From NCBI GenBank assembly GCA_951406725.2, contig OX597816.1, positions 112,282,001 through 112,346,000 on the forward strand: DNA of 64,000 nt, in the 5' to 3' direction. A program made the position numbers and the translations under genes. The notes under the pieces are model-generated. The model was not told the DNA's origin. It saw only the letters and a list, made by a program, of their open reading frames with translations, and did no database searches. Origin of the DNA: Octopus vulgaris (lineage: Eukaryota). This document shows positions 1 through 12,885 of the stretch, piece by piece (within the stretch, counting starts at the first letter, position 1; each line of letters opens with the position of its first letter).

Positions 1-511
1 TGCATCTGAATAGAATGGAGTACATGGATATGTATAAATGTATGTGCATATTCAAGTGAGTCTGAATATGTTGTAGTGCATATTTAAGTGAGTTTGAATA
101 TGACAAAGCATATTTAAATGACTCCGAGTATGGTCAGCTATGTCAATCACTTTTCATTAAATGAAGGTGAAGAGAAACACTGCAATTCTTGATCCATGGT
201 ATAACAACAATTCTTTCCAATCAGCTTCTTTTAAACTTGAGTTAATTGCACTCAAAAATTTCAGTTTATCAATCAATGAATTAGATTTTGACTGTTATTT
301 AATGTTATTGGTTACCCTCTTCATGACCTCATCACTCAGTTTGAAATTTCCTATTTCGAAATAACAAGTCCTGAGTTTGAACTGAAGCAGAAACCTACTG
401 TAAAGTTGTGTAATACACACACACATACACACACACACACACACGTGCGCACGCACACACACACACACACACACACACATACATACATATATGCATAGAG
501 GCATCATATGA

Positions 512-1060
512 TGTGTGCAAGAGAGAAGACTGCTGGTTTGGTCATGTGATGGTACATGGATAAAGACAGTTGTGTAAAGAAATGCTAGCTCTTATTGTGG
601 AGGGTACCTGTGGAAGGGGTAGACCCAGGAAGACGTGAGGTGAGATGGTGAGAAAGGATCTTCAGAGGCTGAGCCTCACTGTGAAAATGACAAGAGACTG
701 GGAGGTGTGGCGTTTTGTTGTACTTGACAAGACACATCAAGATAAGTAAAATCGCTGTCAACCACACATACAGGCTTGTCCTTTCAGTTGCCAGTGCCAC
801 TTAAAAAGCACCCTTGCCGATGCTGCTTTAACACAGCCATGCCAATACTGCGTAAGTGCACACGTGCCAGTGACGCGTAAAAAGCACCCAGCATACTCTG
901 TTAAGTGGTTGGCATTAGGAAGGGCATCTAGCTGTAGAAACCATGCCACAACAGACAGTTGGAGTTTGGACAGCTCCCTGCTAGCCATCTGCTTGTCAAA
1001 CCGTCAAACCCATGCTAGCATGGAAAGTGAATGTTAAACGATGATGGTGATGATGATGAT
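512..1060 (+). mobile_element. RTE-clade LINE 3' remnant (decayed ORF2 C-terminus, 3'UTR and (TGA)n tail)
   Basis: Decayed WFGHV..MDKDSCVKKC..LIVEGTCGRGRPRKT motif. The 3'UTR ends CATGCTAGCATGGAAAG...TTAAAC(GAT)n and is homologous to 6618-7441. Confidence 0.8.
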
Positions 1061-1931
1061 AAATATACACGGGAAAGGGTATATATATATATATAAACAA
1101 GCATAACTGTAGTCAGGAATTTACCTTACAATCATTAGATCTCCACTTCAATCCTACTCTGTGCATTTAAATTAGGAAAGTGTATTTTACCATAGTCTTG
1201 GATCTGTGTAAGAAAGCTTAGACAGGAATTGTATGGAATCCTGTCAAAGGAAGCAAATTTATAATTCAGTATTGTGCTTGGCATATTATTGCTTGGCATC
1301 TTAAGGTCAAACTATAGGCTTTAATGTAGAAGGAAAATTAAACAAGGCAACCAAACCATCCTATGCTACATATCTAAGTTGTGTATGTGATGTATCTAAG
1401 AGACATATAAAATGATATTTTCAACACTCTCTCTCTCTCTCTCTCACAAACACACACACACACAAACACTCAAACATATGCACAAACACACACACATGCC
1501 TACACACATACACACACACAAAAGAAAAGGCTGGTATCTTGTAGCTTTCATTGAAAGCATTACACACTAAAATTTCTCGAACACTTTGCTAGATAATTTT
1601 GAAAATCTAATAAGGATTTCCCAGTTGTCGATACTACAAATTACATCTATAAAAAATATAGACTGATTAAACTATTCTTAAGATAATTTTGTGCACCAAG
1701 CTCCTGCTAATATGCTTGTATTTGACTTCTGCTAAATTTCTTCTTAATATCCTTGTGTTACTTAATAAAATTATCCTGTACTGTTTTGGCATAATTTAAG
1801 AACTGAAACTGTATGAAAATAGTATTCCTAAACTTGATCAGCATTTTTATGCTGTTGACTTCACTCTACTAAAAGGTATTGAGCACTTTAGTTAGAAAAG
1901 TTTGCACTTACTTCTATAAAAATAATAATAT

Positions 1932-2124
1932 TTTCTACTCTAGGTACAAAGCCCAAAAATTTTGGGGAGGCGGGGCCAGTTGATTAGATCGACCCCAGTA
2001 CGCAGCTGGTACCTAATTTATTGACCCTGAAAGGATGAAAGGCAAAGGATGAAATGCAAAGACAAACAAAATACCACTAAGCCATTCGCCTGGCATGCTA
2101 AAGTTTCTGCCAGCTTGCCACCTT
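1932..2124 (-). mobile_element. tRNA-derived SINE, family B (Nin/Deu-like central domain), internally deleted
   Basis: Reverse complement contains CTTTGCCTTTCATCCTTTCAGGGTCAATAAATTAGGTACCAG and the head GGTGGCAAGCTGGCAGAAAC; matches 37120-37350; (TTA)n tail. Confidence 0.75.
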
Positions 2125-2126
2125 AG

Positions 2127-2167
<41 letters not shown>

Positions 2168-2169
2168 GA

Positions 2170-2590
2170 CAGGCACCCATGCCAACCCCCTTTGCTTGTG
2201 AAGACATTTTGGGGCAAGCGAAATCGAAATCGAATTGAACCAGCCAGGATCCCTGGTCTGGTGGTACGTAAAAAGCACTATCCAACTCGTGGCCGATGCC
2301 AGCACCGCCTCGACTGGCTTCCGTGCCAGTGGCACATAAAATACACCAATCCGACCGTGGCCGTTGCCAGCCTCGCCTGGCACCTGTGCAGGTGGCACGT
2401 AAAAAGCACCCACTACACTCACGGAGTGGTTGGCGTTAGGAAGGGCATCCAGCTGTAGAAACATTGCCAGATTAGACTGGAGCCTGGTGCAGCCTTCTGG
2501 CTTCCCAGATCCCCGGTCGAACTGTCCAACCCATGCTAGCATGGAGAACGGACGTTAAATGATGATGATGATGATGATAATGATAATGAT
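2170..2590 (+). mobile_element. RTE LINE 3'UTR fragment with internal ~60-bp repeats
   Basis: Repeated GTGGCACGTAAAAAGCAC units, GGAGTGGTTGGCGTTAGGAAGGGCATCCAGC and a (GAT)n tail; close reverse complement of 6640-6950. Confidence 0.8.
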
Positions 2591-3190
2591 AATAAAAATA
2601 ATAACGATTTCATTTATTTGCCACCAAGGTAAAGGATGAGGGTGACAATACAAAGACAGATACAAAGTTCGGGGGTTTATGTATTATAAAGGGATAATAT
2701 AAATAACAAAAAAAAGAGCAAGTATACACAGTATCCAATGAAAAGAAAGGGAAATTTACATAATATACAAAGGTTAAAAATAAATTTAAAAGGTGTGGGG
2801 TGATAGTATTGTAGTCTTCTTTATACATGATGACCTCTAGGAATAATCACGGAACTACTTGAGGCTGAATTTGGCATCTGAATTTGGTGCTAGTCTTTCA
2901 ACGATTTTAACAAGCATGACAAAGCGGGTATTAGTTTAACTCCAGGCAGCAAAAACCACTAATGAGGACTAAGTGTAATAGCTCAGAGTCTGAAATCATG
3001 TGACATGGGTATATCTGCAAATTCATTGGCATCTTTTCCCCTGCAATAGTAGGTTGGCTTTTTACCCGCTCCTCATTTTCATCAGCTTGTTAAATTTTGA
3101 GTGGTATTGTGGCTTATTTGAGTATTTTTTTACTCTTATTTCTAGCAAAGCTGGTACTATCTAGTGCCCTTAATTATAAATTTATACATT

Positions 3191-3232
<42 letters not shown>

Positions 3233-3235
3233 AAA

Positions 3236-3484
3236 TGTGCCCTTTTAAAGCCTAGCCAGGCTCATGGGCCCGGTTTCCCGGTTTCTATGGCGTATGTGTT
3301 CCCCAGCTAGTATGTGTTCCCCCGCTAGTCCATCGCAGCGTTACTCATTTTTACCAGCTGAGTGGACTGGAGCAACATGAAAGGAAGTGTTTTGCTCAAG
3401 AACACAACGCATCGCTCGGTCCAGGAATCGGAACCACAATCTTATGATCGTGATGCTGACACCCTAACCACTAAGCCACGCATC

Positions 3485-3488
<4 letters not shown>
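3236..3488 (-). mobile_element. tRNA-derived CORE-like SINE, family C
   Basis: Minus strand has A-box TGGCTTAGTGG, B-box GGTTCCGATTCC, then CORE-like TGTGTTCTTGAGCAAAACACTT. An older related copy lies at ~34595-34745 (+). Confidence 0.7.
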
Positions 3489-3525
<37 letters not shown>

Positions 3526-5958
3526 ACTGTTCTTTCAGTCCTTGCCTATTAAATCTATTCACAGGACATTGGTTGGACTGAAACGATAGTAGAGGATGTT
3601 TGTGCATGGTTCCACACAGTGAAATTGAACAGAAACACACAAGGGTGAGAAGCAACCTTCTTAACTACACAGCAAACAGAGAGAGAGAGAGAGAGAGAGA
3701 GTTACAGAGTGAGAAGGAGAGATGGACAAAAGAGGGAGAGAGTGTTGTGTGTGTATTGGAAAGAGAGAGAGGGGGGGAGAAAGTGTGTGTATGCTGGAGA
3801 GAGAGAGATTTATATATCATAAAGTATTTTAAGATTTTGTCAATAGTAAGAAAATATGCAAGATGAATATACTATGAGAAATTTATCAAGGAAATCTAGT
3901 ACCTACTTGCTACATAGTTTTAGATTGAAATGCAACTTGGAAGTTATTGTTCTGCTCAGAAACATAAAAATGTCAACATCATATGGGAGTTTCATGCTCA
4001 ATTGTTTATCCTCTTATTGTTTCATCTCTTCATAATCTATTGAAGCTTTCAAAGTGTTGGAGAATAATTTTATAAAGAGATTATTGTTGTTGCTCTTCTT
4101 CTTCTTTCTTCTTTTTGTTTCTGTTATTGTTGCTGCTGCTACTGTTCTTCTTGCTTAGCATTTTCGTCATGGTCAAAAAATAAAAAAAAAACAAATATAT
4201 TAGAATGAGAGAATTAGAGGCAGTGACAAGACTTAGCTTCACTTGGACAACTATGTTTTGAATCTGAAACAAGGTAAATGTGGGTTTATTAAGTTCTAAA
4301 CTATAGAAATTATTGTGTTGACAGGTGGAGACTTATTGTTCTTGTTGCTTTCAAAATTATTGTCATCATTATTCTTGTCATTGCTATTGTCAACATGGCT
4401 GTTGTTTGCTTGTCTATGATCAGAAGTATTCCAGCTATGGCTAGCTCTTTGTTGCTGTTGTTTTTTTTTGTTTTTTTACTTTTGTTTTTTCAAGTATAGT
4501 TTATCTAGGATTACATGAGGCAATGTCTCCTTCCTTGTTATTAAAAGACAGTAAAGTATCTTTAATAAGAGATTTGGCTTCTATTTTCAGCAGATCATAA
4601 GACCAGAAGGATCACTACACTGATTCAAACCAGAAGTGTTTATTATTAATCAAGTAAATGTTTATCGCTATGGTTTTTTTTTTTGGTTTTTTTTATTAAT
4701 CAACCACCATGGTGATCTGAGAAATCAGTCTTATACCATTTTGTGCATGCAATCATACTTCATCACCAGTTGATTTTAGCTTGCAGGAAACAAGAAAAAC
4801 AGCAGCTCTTTTTTTTTTTGCTTCAGTTTACTTATTCAAGGGAGGCAGAGCAGTAAATGTCTCCAATTGAATTTCGAAGTTGTTTTGTTGATGAAATGAT
4901 AGAAATGGGATAGCATATATGTGTTTGGTTTCTTTTCCCCTATGTCAAGATCAAAATCATTCTGTCTATTAATACATCTTAATAAATCACTTCATAAACT
5001 ACCCCTGATTCTTTATCAGATCTGTTTGTACTTAAGCAACCCCGCTGTTATCATTATTATCTCTTTTGTAATACTTTTATTTTTTTTTTATTCTTGAAAA
5101 ATTATGTATCCTGAGCACATCGTCTTCTCTCCCACTCCTTTCATCTCTCTGATTCAGTATGAACAAAGCTGATGATGGGGATGAAAGTGAATTATGAGTG
5201 AATTATAAGTTATTAAAGTAACCACTGTACCATTCATTTCATTCTTGTAATCTATCTCAATCTCCAATAATGGAAGATGATTTCTGTAAAAATTATATAA
5301 ATAGCTTTGCTTGGAAATGTAGAGGTACAGAACCAAAATATAACATTGGTTTAAGTTGCTTCTATTGACAATCCACAATGGAAACGGTCTATGTTATGGA
5401 TTTTATCCTGCTGACAGCTGGTGCTATGACAGGATGTTCTTGGACTTGTGGTAAACGATTTGTCAGATGGTAAAGAAATTTTTTTTTGCATATAAATAAA
5501 ACAGGAGAAAAGAAAGAGATTGAATATAATTGAAAGAGAGAGCTTCTGAGAGATAATGGGAAACGGTAAGAGTGAAAGTAAGTGCAAGGATGGAGGAATG
5601 GAAAACATGAATGAATAGGAAAATAGGAAAAAAAAACCCAGAAAACAAAATTAAATATCAAAAAGCAAGGAGTTCAGTTCATAAGATGAAATAGGAAGTG
5701 ATAAAGATGAAAATAAGGATAGATGGGTAAACAGATGGATCGATAAATAGGTTGATAGATGAATTAATAGATGGCTAGCTGGCCAGCTGGACAGATGAGA
5801 GGGTTAAGGGAATGGAGGAATGGATGGTAATATAAATATACAATCAGAAAGGATGACAAAAAAATGCAAATAGAAAAAGATTGTGCATGAACAGGCAAAT
5901 ACATAGAAATAAGTAGGAAAAGTAACAGCTTGACCAATAAGCAAATAGAGTACTTTAG

Positions 5959-6029
<71 letters not shown>

Positions 6030-6081
6030 GTTACAAGCAAACACACATGTATATGCACATATATACGCATATACATATATA

Positions 6082-6135
<54 letters not shown>

Positions 6136-6425
6136 TCATCATCATCCTCACTTAACATCTATTGTATATGCTGGTATGGGTTGGATGGTTTGACCAGGGC
6201 TGGTAAGCTTGAAGGCTACAGCGGACACCAGTCTGATTTGGCATGGTTTTCTATGGCTGGATGCCCTTCTTAACACCAACCACTCTGAGAGTGTAGTGGG
6301 TGCTTTTAAATTCTACTAGCACAGGTTCCATATATGTCACACCAGTATCTACCATGACTGCAAATTTGCTCAGCTTGATAAATCCTCTTCTCAAGCATGA
6401 CATAATGCCAAAATTCTCAGTCATT

Positions 6426-6617
6426 GCCTCCGTGAGGCCCAACACTCGAAAGTAACTCAGCCACTTGGCCTCCCTGAGGCCAAATACTCAAAAAGTACTC
6501 AGCCACTTTGTCTCTGTAAGGCCCAATACTCTAAAAGAACTCAACCACTTTGCCTCCATGAGGCCCAACACTCGAAAGGAGCTCAGTCACTTTACTTCTA
6601 TGAGGCCCAACGCTCAA
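6426..6617. repeat. 42-bp minisatellite, ~4.5 copies, derived from RTE ORF2 terminal codons
   Basis: Units start at 6426, 6468, 6510, 6552 and 6594 (GCCTCCGTGAGGCCCAACACTCGAAAG...CCACTTT); the unit matches 7292-7317. Confidence 0.85.
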
Positions 6618-7441
6618 CATCATCATCATCATCATCATCATCATCATTTAACGTCCGTTCTCCATGCTAGCATGGGTTGGATGGTTCGACCAGGGATCTG
6701 GGAAGCCAGAAGGCTGCACCAGGCTCCAGTCTGATCTGGCAATGTTTCTACAGCTGGATGCCCTTCCTAACGCCAACCACTCCGAGAGTGTAGTGGGTGC
6801 TTTTTACATGCTACCGGCACAGGTGCCAGGCGAGGCTGGCAATGGCCACGATTGGATTGGTGCTTTTTACGTGCCACCGGCACGGAAGCCAGTCTAGGCG
6901 GAGCTGGCATCGGCCACATTTGGATGATGCTTTTTACGTGTCACTGGCACAGGGATCACAACTGCAGTTTCCATTGATCTTTGATGTTGGTGTCCTTGAC
7001 TCAATGGATCTCCTCAAGCACAGGGTCAAAACAGTGTTTCGTTACTTGCCACCTGCACAGGAGTCAGTCCAGTGGCCCTGGCAACTGCCGGGTGCAAGTC
7101 ATAGGATTGGTTCAATTTAGAATTCGATTTCGACTTCGCTTGCCTCAACAGGTCTTCGTGTGTCCAAGGAAGGAAAGGCATGCATAAGTGGGCTGGCTAC
7201 ATCCCTGGCAAGGGACACAGGATGGACTCACTTGTCCTGCCGGCTCTTCTCACACACAGCATATTTCCAAAGGTCTCGGTCACTAGTCATTGCCTCGGTG
7301 AGGCCTGAAGTTCGAAGGTTGTGCTTCACCACCTTGTCCCAGGTTTTCCTGGATCTACCTCTTCCACGGGTTCCCTCAACTGCAAGGGATTGGCACTTTT
7401 TCACACACCTATCTTCATCCATTCTCACCACATGACCATAC
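6618..7441 (-). mobile_element. 5'-truncated RTE LINE (ORF2 C-terminus, long 3'UTR, (TGA)n tail)
   Basis: ORF 7228-7441 encodes YGHVVRMDEDRCVKKCQSLAVEGTRGRGRSRKTWDKVV...DRDLWK, the typical RTE C-terminus; (CAT)n at 6618-6646. Confidence 0.88.
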
Positions 7442-7879
7442 ATAAGTATATACACACAAACATAGCTATATAGACATAAATAAATATATATACATATTGG
7501 TATGTGCACACACATACATATGTACATATATGTATAGAAATATGTGTGTGTATGTTCAAAGGAAAGAAAAGAGTACTTAATATATTATGTAGAGTTTTCA
7601 TTTGTAGACAAGCAACTGGGGATTCACACAACCATTTCTCAGTTTTTAAGGTATGAAAGCACATGCTTGCTATGACCAGCAGATGGAATACACTTTTGCA
7701 ATCAGTCAGTCCAGATTCTATGTTGCCATGAAGTTGATATAAGACAAGGCAATATAAAGTAAGAATCAAAGGATAACTAATTTAACACAAACCAACGGTT
7801 TGCCTATAGGGTTTGAGAACACAAGTAAATAGCATATCCATTTAGTACATCTCCACACACCATCAGACCTTCAATTTTA

Positions 7880-8190
7880 CATGGGACTATAGTTGAAAAG
7901 TGTAACTGAAGCCATAAGAACATGATTGTTATATTGAATCTGTTGTGTATCTATGGTTTCTAGAAATGATTGACTAAATTTGTTAAGTTTCGCATTCATG
8001 AGGAATGTAATATTTGTTCATGTATAAACACAGACATGAATGGTTAAGAAACGTACTTCTCAACCATGAGTTCTTGGGTTCAGTCCCAATGTGCAGAACA
8101 TGGATAAGTGCCCTTCTACTATAGGCCTGGGCCAACCAAAGCCTTGTTAATGGATTTGGCTGCTGGAAACTGAAAGAAGCCTGTTGTGTG
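7880..8190 (+). repeat. Local direct duplication, copy 1 (copy 2 at 12002-12311)
   Basis: CATGGGACTATAGTTGAAAAG...GAAAGAAGCCTG is almost identical at offset 4122; includes ~150 bp of unique flank plus a SINE head. Confidence 0.9.
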
Positions 8191-9258
8191 TGTGTGTGTG
8201 TGTTTGTATGTGTGTGTGTGTATACCACACTCACTACATCTCTATATAAAGTTATGTACACTCTCTTTTATCTTTTGCTTGTTTCGATCATTATACTGTG
8301 GCCATGCAGAGGTACCACCTTGGAGAATTTGTTTTAATTGAATGAATCGATGCTAATACTTTTTTTTCTTTTTTTTTTTGAAATTTGATTTTCATTCTAT
8401 CAGTCAATTTTGCTGAACTGCTGAAAAGGAAACAGAAAAAAGAGAATTAAAGTACAAAATTCTTACATTCCCTTAATTTCCTGTAATTCAGACCATTTCA
8501 TAGTCCCAGCAGACAAAATGGAGAAAAAGCATTACCCTGGAGGATGGCAAGGGAGATGCACTAAAACAGCTACTCTGCTAAGGATGTAAACACACCAGCA
8601 CCAGTTGTCAAGCAGTGGTGGGAGACAAACACAGGCACAAAGACACACACACACATAGACACACACACACACACACACACACACACTCAAACACACAAAC
8701 ACACATACAAAGACACACACACACACAAACACACATACACACACAGACACACACACATACAAGACACACACAGGCACACAAAGACACACACATACATACA
8801 AAAATACAAACACACACAAACATACACACACACAAACATACACACATACAAAGACACACTCACACACACACACAAACATACACACATACAAAGACACACA
8901 CACAGAAACACACAAACACACACACATATATATATTATAAATAACTCTGTCTACTATAAAGCATGAATCCCAAAAATTGGGAGAGGGGGCCTGTTGATTA
9001 CTTTCAGCCTCAGAGCTCCATTCGTCATTTTATCGATCCTGAAAAGATAAAAAGCAAAGTTGGCCTAGACAGAAGTTAAACTTAGAATGTATGGTTAGAC
9101 GAAATGCTGCTAAGCATTTTGTTTGATGTATTAAATAAATGATAAATAAAAAATAACAGATAAATAAAACATACAGTGTGGGCCAAAATTAATGCCCCAA
9201 CTTGAGTTTTTGAAAAATATACATGAAATGTACTGAAAATGAAAAAAATGAACAGATA

Positions 9259-9915
9259 GGCACAGAAGTGGCTGTGTGATAAGTAGCTAGCTAGCTTACC
9301 AGTCACATGGTCCTGGGTTGAGTTCCACTGTGTGGCACCTTGGGAAGTGTCTCTACTATAGCCTTGGGCTGACCAAAACCTTGTGAGTGGATTTGGTAGA
9401 CGGAAACTGAAAGAAGCCCATTGTATATATATATATATATATAACTTATAAATAAGGGCAAATGAAAAATTTCTAATGCCAAATATGCCGAAAATTGGAC
9501 ATATTGTCCATTTACCATATAATTTTTTTCCCAGTATGCACGCTACTCGAAAAAAGGTCGACAGTAGCGTGTGTACTGGGAAAAAAATTATATGGCAAAT
9601 GGACAATATGTCCTATTTTCGGCATATTTGGCATTAGAAATTTTTTTTGAAAAAATTTTATCCTACATTAGATATATATATATATATATATGTGTGTGCG
9701 TATGTATGTATATGTTTATGTGTCTGTGTTTGTCCCCCACCCATCGCTTGACAACTGATGTTGGTGTGTTTACATCCCTGTAATTTAGTGGTTCGGCAAA
9801 AATGACTGATAGAATAAGTTCTAAGCTTACAAAGAATAAGTCCTGGGGTCGATTTGTCGGACTAAAAGCAGTGCTCCAGCATGGCCACAGTCAAATGACT
9901 GAAACAAATAAAAGA
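9259..9915 (+). mobile_element. tRNA-derived SINE, family A, nested in the mariner relic
   Basis: Head GGCACAGAAGTGGCTGTGTG, CORE-like GGCACCTTGGGAAGTG, central (TA)/(TG) tract, 3' end CAGTCAAATGACTGAAACAAATAAAAG. Confidence 0.85.
9465..9645. repeat. Near-perfect palindrome (MITE-like) inside the SINE (TA)n tract
   Basis: Arms 9465-9547 and 9563-9645 (83 bp, about 4 mismatches), 15-nt spacer. Confidence 0.9.
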
Positions 9916-11487
9916 AGTGAACATCAATTTGGCAAGTCATTGAAAGTGACAGCCGTTCATTGCTATGCACAACTCGCAATGCCTGGCCAAACTGGTGAAT
10001 GTATTTTAAGACATTTGTTCAGAAGGTTGACTAAAACATACAGTTACCTGTTTTGCCAATTGGTTCAAATTATGGATCGTTTCCCTGTAGACTTGATTTC
10101 TGAGGTATCTCCAGAGAAAAAAGTCAGACAGAGTTAAATCCAGAGACCTTGCTGGATATTCACAAAATTTGCTGCGATGTCCAATCCAATGATTTTGTAG
10201 GTGCTGGTCAAGGAAGTTTCTCACACATTTGCCATAATGAGGAAGTGTTCCATCTTGCACAAAGATTTTGAAATGATGGTATCAAAAATACGACCATTCA
10301 TCGTCTCTCATTGAATATGGAATGCACATATTCCTGAAGACAACATTACCACCCAAATGACAAGAGAAGGTGAATTAACTGAATTAACGTGCTTTTCCCA
10401 AACTACTTCAGGGTCATCTTCAGAATAATGGAAGCAGTTATGGCAGTTGATGTGACCAAAAACATGGAAGGTCACTTCATCAAAGAAAATGAGGCAATCA
10501 AAAAGTCTGGAATCTCGGGCTTCTGCTCACATTCTTTCACAAAATTTGACACATTGAATAATCAGTGATATATACAAATAATAACAGCATGCATCAAGAA
10601 ACTACAGAACTAATAGACACATAAAGTTGGAGCATTAATTTAGGCTCACCCTGTATTTTCTTCACCATCTTATGGATTATGCACACCTTAATATAAACCC
10701 TGGCATGCTTGCAAATACATGCATTTTCCCATGCATACTCTGACCTGCACATATACACTTATTTTCACTCACATACACTCTCACATCACACGCTTATAAA
10801 ACAAACTCTTATGAAACATACACTAATCTATATATGCATTTATACAATTTGTCTCTTAAGTAAATCTCCTTATACATTTGTTTATGTATATATTCCCTCC
10901 TGATCTTATTCCATTAGTCACTCAGACACCAACTCACACATACAAGTAGAAATATGTACAACTTCACTCTTGTGGAATTAGGAAACATGCTATGTTGTAT
11001 TATCATCTCCATATACAAGGTTTGCCTAAGCATAAATGGGATTCAATAGGTAAAATGAAAATAATGTGCAATGGCAAAATACATAGGATTTCAGAGAATG
11101 TTAATGAAGTTCTGAAAGAATGTCTTATGGATTAACATAGGTGTTCTCCAGAAAAAAATGTTTAAAACTGTATGAAAAGGAGAAATTATTTCATAAGGTT
11201 ACCATACAGTTCAGGAATTCATTCAGTGTCAAATTTGCCATGACCACTCAGGTGGGTCAAACAGATCACATGTGTAGCAGGCAATAGAAAATTACCTCAG
11301 GTCCATGATTACAGCAATTGATGTTTATCCTGTAAAGTAGACCTCACTGTCTTGGTAGTGGCCACATTCTCAAAGAATAATGGAGTATTTAGTATTATCT
11401 GGTGAAATTAATGTATGAATAATTGTCTCCTCCACTTCATTTAAGTGTTAAAACTAATCCTTCTGGGAGTGTAAAGCACTTATAGCT

Positions 11488-11796
11488 GTGCCACATTAAA
11501 GTGCCCCTAAGCAGTGCCACGTAAAATCACCCCTACAGTGCCACATAAAAGTGCCCATGTGGTGTCATGTAAAAGTGCCTGTGCAGTTCCATGTAAAAGC
11601 ATCCATGTAGTGTCACGTAAGAGCATTCAGTACACTCTGTAAAATGGTTGGCGTTAGGAAGGGTATCCAACTATAGAAGCCAAGCCAAATCAGACTGGAG
11701 TCTGGTGCAGCCACACCCAGCTTGTCAGCTCTGGTCACACCATCCAACCCATGCCAGCATGGACAACAGACATTAAATGATGATGATGATGATGAT
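11488..11796 (+). mobile_element. RTE 3'UTR fragment with a 24-bp tandem array (~6 copies)
   Basis: GTGCCACGTAAAAGTGCCC-like units at 11488-11630, then GGTTGGCGTTAGGAAGGG and a (GAT)n tail. Confidence 0.75.
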
Positions 11797-12331
11797 TACG
11801 TTCCTGGCTCTTTTCAATGTGTGTTGGATGAGAGACAATTAACCTGAGTTTATGAGATATTTTTAACATTTTGTAGGATATGTGCTGTCTTATAATATCA
11901 GGATAAGGTTTTTCTACAGACACATATTACATTCTTGCCTGTCAAACATAATGGCTGCGTTTAGTGTTATGAGTTGCTGGTGACTATGCAAGTAGAACTG
12001 TCATGGGACTATAGTTGAAAAGTGTAAATGAAGCCATAAGAACATGATTGTTATATTGTATCTGTTGTGTACATATGGTTTCTAGAAATGATTGTCTAAA
12101 TTTGTTAAGTTTGGCATTCATGAGGAATGTAATATTTGTTCATGTATAAACACAGACATGATTGGTTAAGAAACGTACTTCTCAACCATGAGTTCTTGGG
12201 TTCAGTCCCAATGTGCAGAACATGGATAAGTGCCTTCTACTATAGGCCTGGGCCAACCAAAGCCTTGTTAATGGATTTGGCTGGTGGAAACTGAAAGAAG
12301 CCTGCTGTGTGTGTGTGTGTGTGTGTGAGTG

Positions 12332-12383
<52 letters not shown>

Positions 12384-12431
12384 TATATATATAGTGGCAG
12401 ACTGGCCAGGCTGCCAGCTTTCCCAGATTGA

Positions 12432-12885
12432 TGTTAAGTCTCTACTGCCTTGTTTTCATTTTAGGTAGAGGTGGTCTCCATCACAGTTCATGTGGAAATT
12501 AGGTGTGCTTGTTAGTATTTTCTGGGTTTTCGCATCAATGATCTCATCAAGCATCCAATCAAGCAGCCCAAATGTTGGTGTAAGTACTAGCACTACAAAC
12601 ATATTGTGGTCCAATGTTTTATTGAATGCAGAGAGTTCCGAGGTTCAAATTTTCTGTATTCAGCTTTAATATTCTTTAGTGACACATGTTTTGTTACAGG
12701 TGCCATTGTAGGATATGTTTTCATTCACCCTTAAATACTTGTAACATTCCTCATCAGATATAGAGGAAACAGTCAAGTCACTGATGGAGATGTTGCTAGT
12801 CTGGTTTACAGTTTTCCCTCTTTTCACAACCATATAACAACATTTATCCTGACCAAACTCCAACCTTACGCCCTTCAAGAATGTT
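12432..12885 (-). mobile_element. Decayed R4/Dong-type LINE RT fragment
   Basis: LEFGQDKC...YKYL...KEY, then SELSAFNK..HN.F...LTPTFGLLDW...KTQKILT...FH.N.D.DHLYL...QG.R.L; homologous to the start of 19677-20983. Confidence 0.75.

Larger units (their letters stand above)
9174..10653 (-). mobile_element. Tc1/mariner DNA transposon relic (DD41D rosa/Visitor-like) with TIRs and TA TSD
   Basis: 30-bp TIRs at 9174-9203 and 10624-10653 (CAGTGTGGGCCAAAATTAATGCCCCAACTT vs CAGGGTGAGCCTAAATTAATGCTCCAACTT), TA on both sides. Minus-strand motifs IFFDEVTFHVFGHIN and QDGTLPHY...WIGH...PARSLDLTLSDFFLW, with 42 aa between the 2nd and 3rd D. Confidence 0.88.

Noticed and set aside
45-132. Three ~31-bp internally palindromic repeats (GCATATTCAAGTGAGTCTGAATATG)
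   Set aside because: Short, diverged tandem at the window edge; no function can be supported.
3400-3488. tRNA gene
   Set aside because: A/B boxes are present but there is no full cloverleaf and it continues into a SINE body; the same holds for the other SINE heads.
6426-6617. CRISPR-like array
   Set aside because: Units are contiguous with no unique spacers, derive from an RTE LINE, and the DNA is eukaryotic with no cas genes.
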